Assembly: GCA_038231135.1 (NCBI GenBank)
Contig: JBBRLX010000003.1
Coordinates: forward strand, 160,001 to 224,000
Reading direction: 5' to 3'
Length of the DNA: 64,000 bases
DNA from: Candidatus Eiseniibacteriota bacterium
GTDB lineage: Bacteria > Eisenbacteria > RBG-16-71-46
Position numbers and translations under genes: made by a program
Shown here: one piece after another, positions 62,430 to 64,000 of the stretch
Layout of the letters: each line of letters opens with the position of its first letter
Position numbering within the stretch: the first letter of the stretch is position 1
Notes under the pieces: model-generated
The model's database searches: none
Told to the model about the DNA's origin: nothing
The model's input: only the letters and a program-made list of their open reading frames with translations

Positions 62430-63992
62430 TCAGCGGGACAGCGCTCCCGGGACCGCGGCGTCGGGGTGCTCGCGGAGCATCGATTGCAACTCGCCGGCCC
62501 GCGCCACGCCCAGCGTGCCGTCGATGCGGTACACGGCGTACCGCACGTCCGCGGCCGCGGTGTCGGAGGGCGCGAACGCCCGCACGAACTCGGCCCGCCG
62601 CACCTGCGGAATCACCAGCCGGACCGCCAGGCCGTCGAACAGCGCCTCGCGGACGTTCTGCTCCCAGTAGGACTCCCGAGCGGCGTCGTGGCCGGCCTCC
62701 CGATCGCGCTCGATCGCGGTGGGGGACCAGAACTTCAGCACGGTGCCATCCGGCAATCCGGCGGCCGACAGATCCGCGAGCGCCCGCTGCGCGATGAGCG
62801 CGCGGTCGACGGTCGCATCCGCGCGCAAGCCGTCGACGAACGGATGGGTTTCGATCGAGTGCACGAGCACGGCGCCGTTCCACGTCCACAGCGCGGCGAC
62901 CGCCGCGAGCGCCACGAGCGGGGCGCGGCCCGCCGGCCGGGCGCCCGCGGACGGCCCGGGTCCCGTTGCGGAGCGCGCGGCGCCCGGACCCGCAACCGCC
63001 GACCACGCTGCCGCGATGCACCATGACACGCCGAGCAGCGGACCGTAGAGATAGTAGTGATACGTGTGGTGCGCCAGCGGCAGCACCGGCAGCAGCGCTA
63101 TCACGAACCAGGCGCCGCCCAGGATCCAGCCGCCGCGGCGCAGCGCCGGACGCCACGCGCCCAGGCTCCACAGCGCCAGCGCCGCCCAGCCCCACGCGAA
63201 CACGTCGGGGTCGATCGCGTCACTGAACCCGCGCACGGTGGCGGCGAATGCGTTCACCGCCCAGCCGGCATAACTGAGCAGGTTGCCGATCATGTGGCCG
63301 CCGATCGCCATGTGATACGCGGAGGCCGCGGCGGAGCCGCCCCGCACGCCGAACACGTCGAGCGCCGCGAGCCACGCCGCGTAGGCCGCGGCCAGTGCCA
63401 CCATCGCGATCGGCACCGGGTCGCGCGGGCTGAGCGAGCGCTCCCAGGCCCGCGTCGCCAGCACGAGCAGCGGAACCGCGACGGCGGTCTCGCGGGTCAG
63501 CAGCGCGAGCGCGAGCCACGGCAACGCGAGCCAGCGGCGCGGGCCCCGGGCGCGCTCGGCGTGGAGCGCGAGCAGCGCGAACAGCCACATGAGCGGCACG
63601 TTGATCGCGGACACCCAGTAGAGCGCCGTATAGAGCGCAGGATGAACGGCGAACCATGCCGTGCCGGCGGCCGCGGGCACGACGGCGTGAAACCGCCGCA
63701 GCCAGCCGTACGCGAGCAGGCACACGCTCGCGTGCACGACCAGGCTCGCGACGTGGTAGGGAACCGGCGCCAGCCCCGCGATCGCCCGCAGCAGTGGAAA
63801 GAACCCGAGGCTCGCGACCGGCCGATACGGTGTGAACAGGGCGGGCAGCAGTCCGGCGGCGCGGGCCAGATGCTGGAAGTCGTCCTGGCTGAAGTAGTAG
63901 CGGAGCGCGCCGCCGAACACCACGGCGAGCCCGGCAGCCAGCACGGCCGCAGCGACCGCCAGCTCCACCCCGCGGACGCGGGTCGGAGCCAC
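62430..63992 (-). CDS. Polytopic membrane protein, GT-C glycosyltransferase-like (ArnT/PMT/TMTC-type)
   Basis: YFSQDDF acidic pair after TM1, YRPV, YHVASLVVH, FAVHP, YWVSA, LALLTRETAV; start is near the window edge and uncertain. Confidence 0.7.
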   Translation of the reverse strand: MAPTRVRGVELAVAAAVLAAGLAVVFGGALRYYFSQDDFQHLARAAGLLPALFTPYRPVASLGFFPLLRAIAGLAPVPYHVASLVVHASVCLLAYGWLRRFHAVVPAAAGTAWFAVHPALYTALYWVSAINVPLMWLFALLALHAERARGPRRWLALPWLALALLTRETAVAVPLLVLATRAWERSLSPRDPVPIAMVALAAAYAAWLAALDVFGVRGGSAAASAYHMAIGGHMIGNLLSYAGWAVNAFAATVRGFSDAIDPDVFAWGWAALALWSLGAWRPALRRGGWILGGAWFVIALLPVLPLAHHTYHYYLYGPLLGVSWCIAAAWSAVAGPGAARSATGPGPSAGARPAGRAPLVALAAVAALWTWNGAVLVHSIETHPFVDGLRADATVDRALIAQRALADLSAAGLPDGTVLKFWSPTAIERDREAGHDAARESYWEQNVREALFDGLAVRLVIPQVRRAEFVRAFAPSDTAAADVRYAVYRIDGTLGVARAGELQSMLREHPDAAVPGALSR

Positions 63993-64000
63993 GGGAGGGG

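Overview
A very GC-rich window from a diderm (outer-membrane) bacterium. A Candidatus Eisenbacteria/FCB-like lineage is my guess, based on the TonB receptor, the lipoproteins and a FlgD/T9SS-like C-terminal domain. It is densely coding, with about 54 genes, and I found no rRNA, complete tRNA, CRISPR array, transposase or integrase. Housekeeping and metabolic genes: class A PBP (cut by the window edge), fbp with a long class II aldolase, an hcrCAB-like molybdo-flavoenzyme with xdhC and a mocA-like gene, thyX, fdhD, pdxH, gcdH, ggt, a fused E1 alpha/beta, cysK-cysE, an RNB nuclease, two LOG proteins, a penicillin acylase, miaB, queF, a type III PKS with an ICMT-family methyltransferase, and a GT-C glycosyltransferase. 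Best candidate for an undescribed system (32.8-39.9 kb, minus strand): a LytS-type kinase, exported TPR protein, TonB-dependent receptor and LytTR regulator, preceded by pdxH and a PP2C/SpoIIE phosphatase whose membrane sensor is homologous to the kinase sensor. Both transcription units have 21-bp-period ACCGTTC(A/G)TC-type direct repeats at the same distance from a -10 element. Other points: a KaiC-like ATPase, small partner and hybrid kinase behind a structured leader with a G16 run; repeated leaderless promoter geometry; a truncated tfoX; two lower-GC patches. All calls come from reading motifs by eye; no searches were run.
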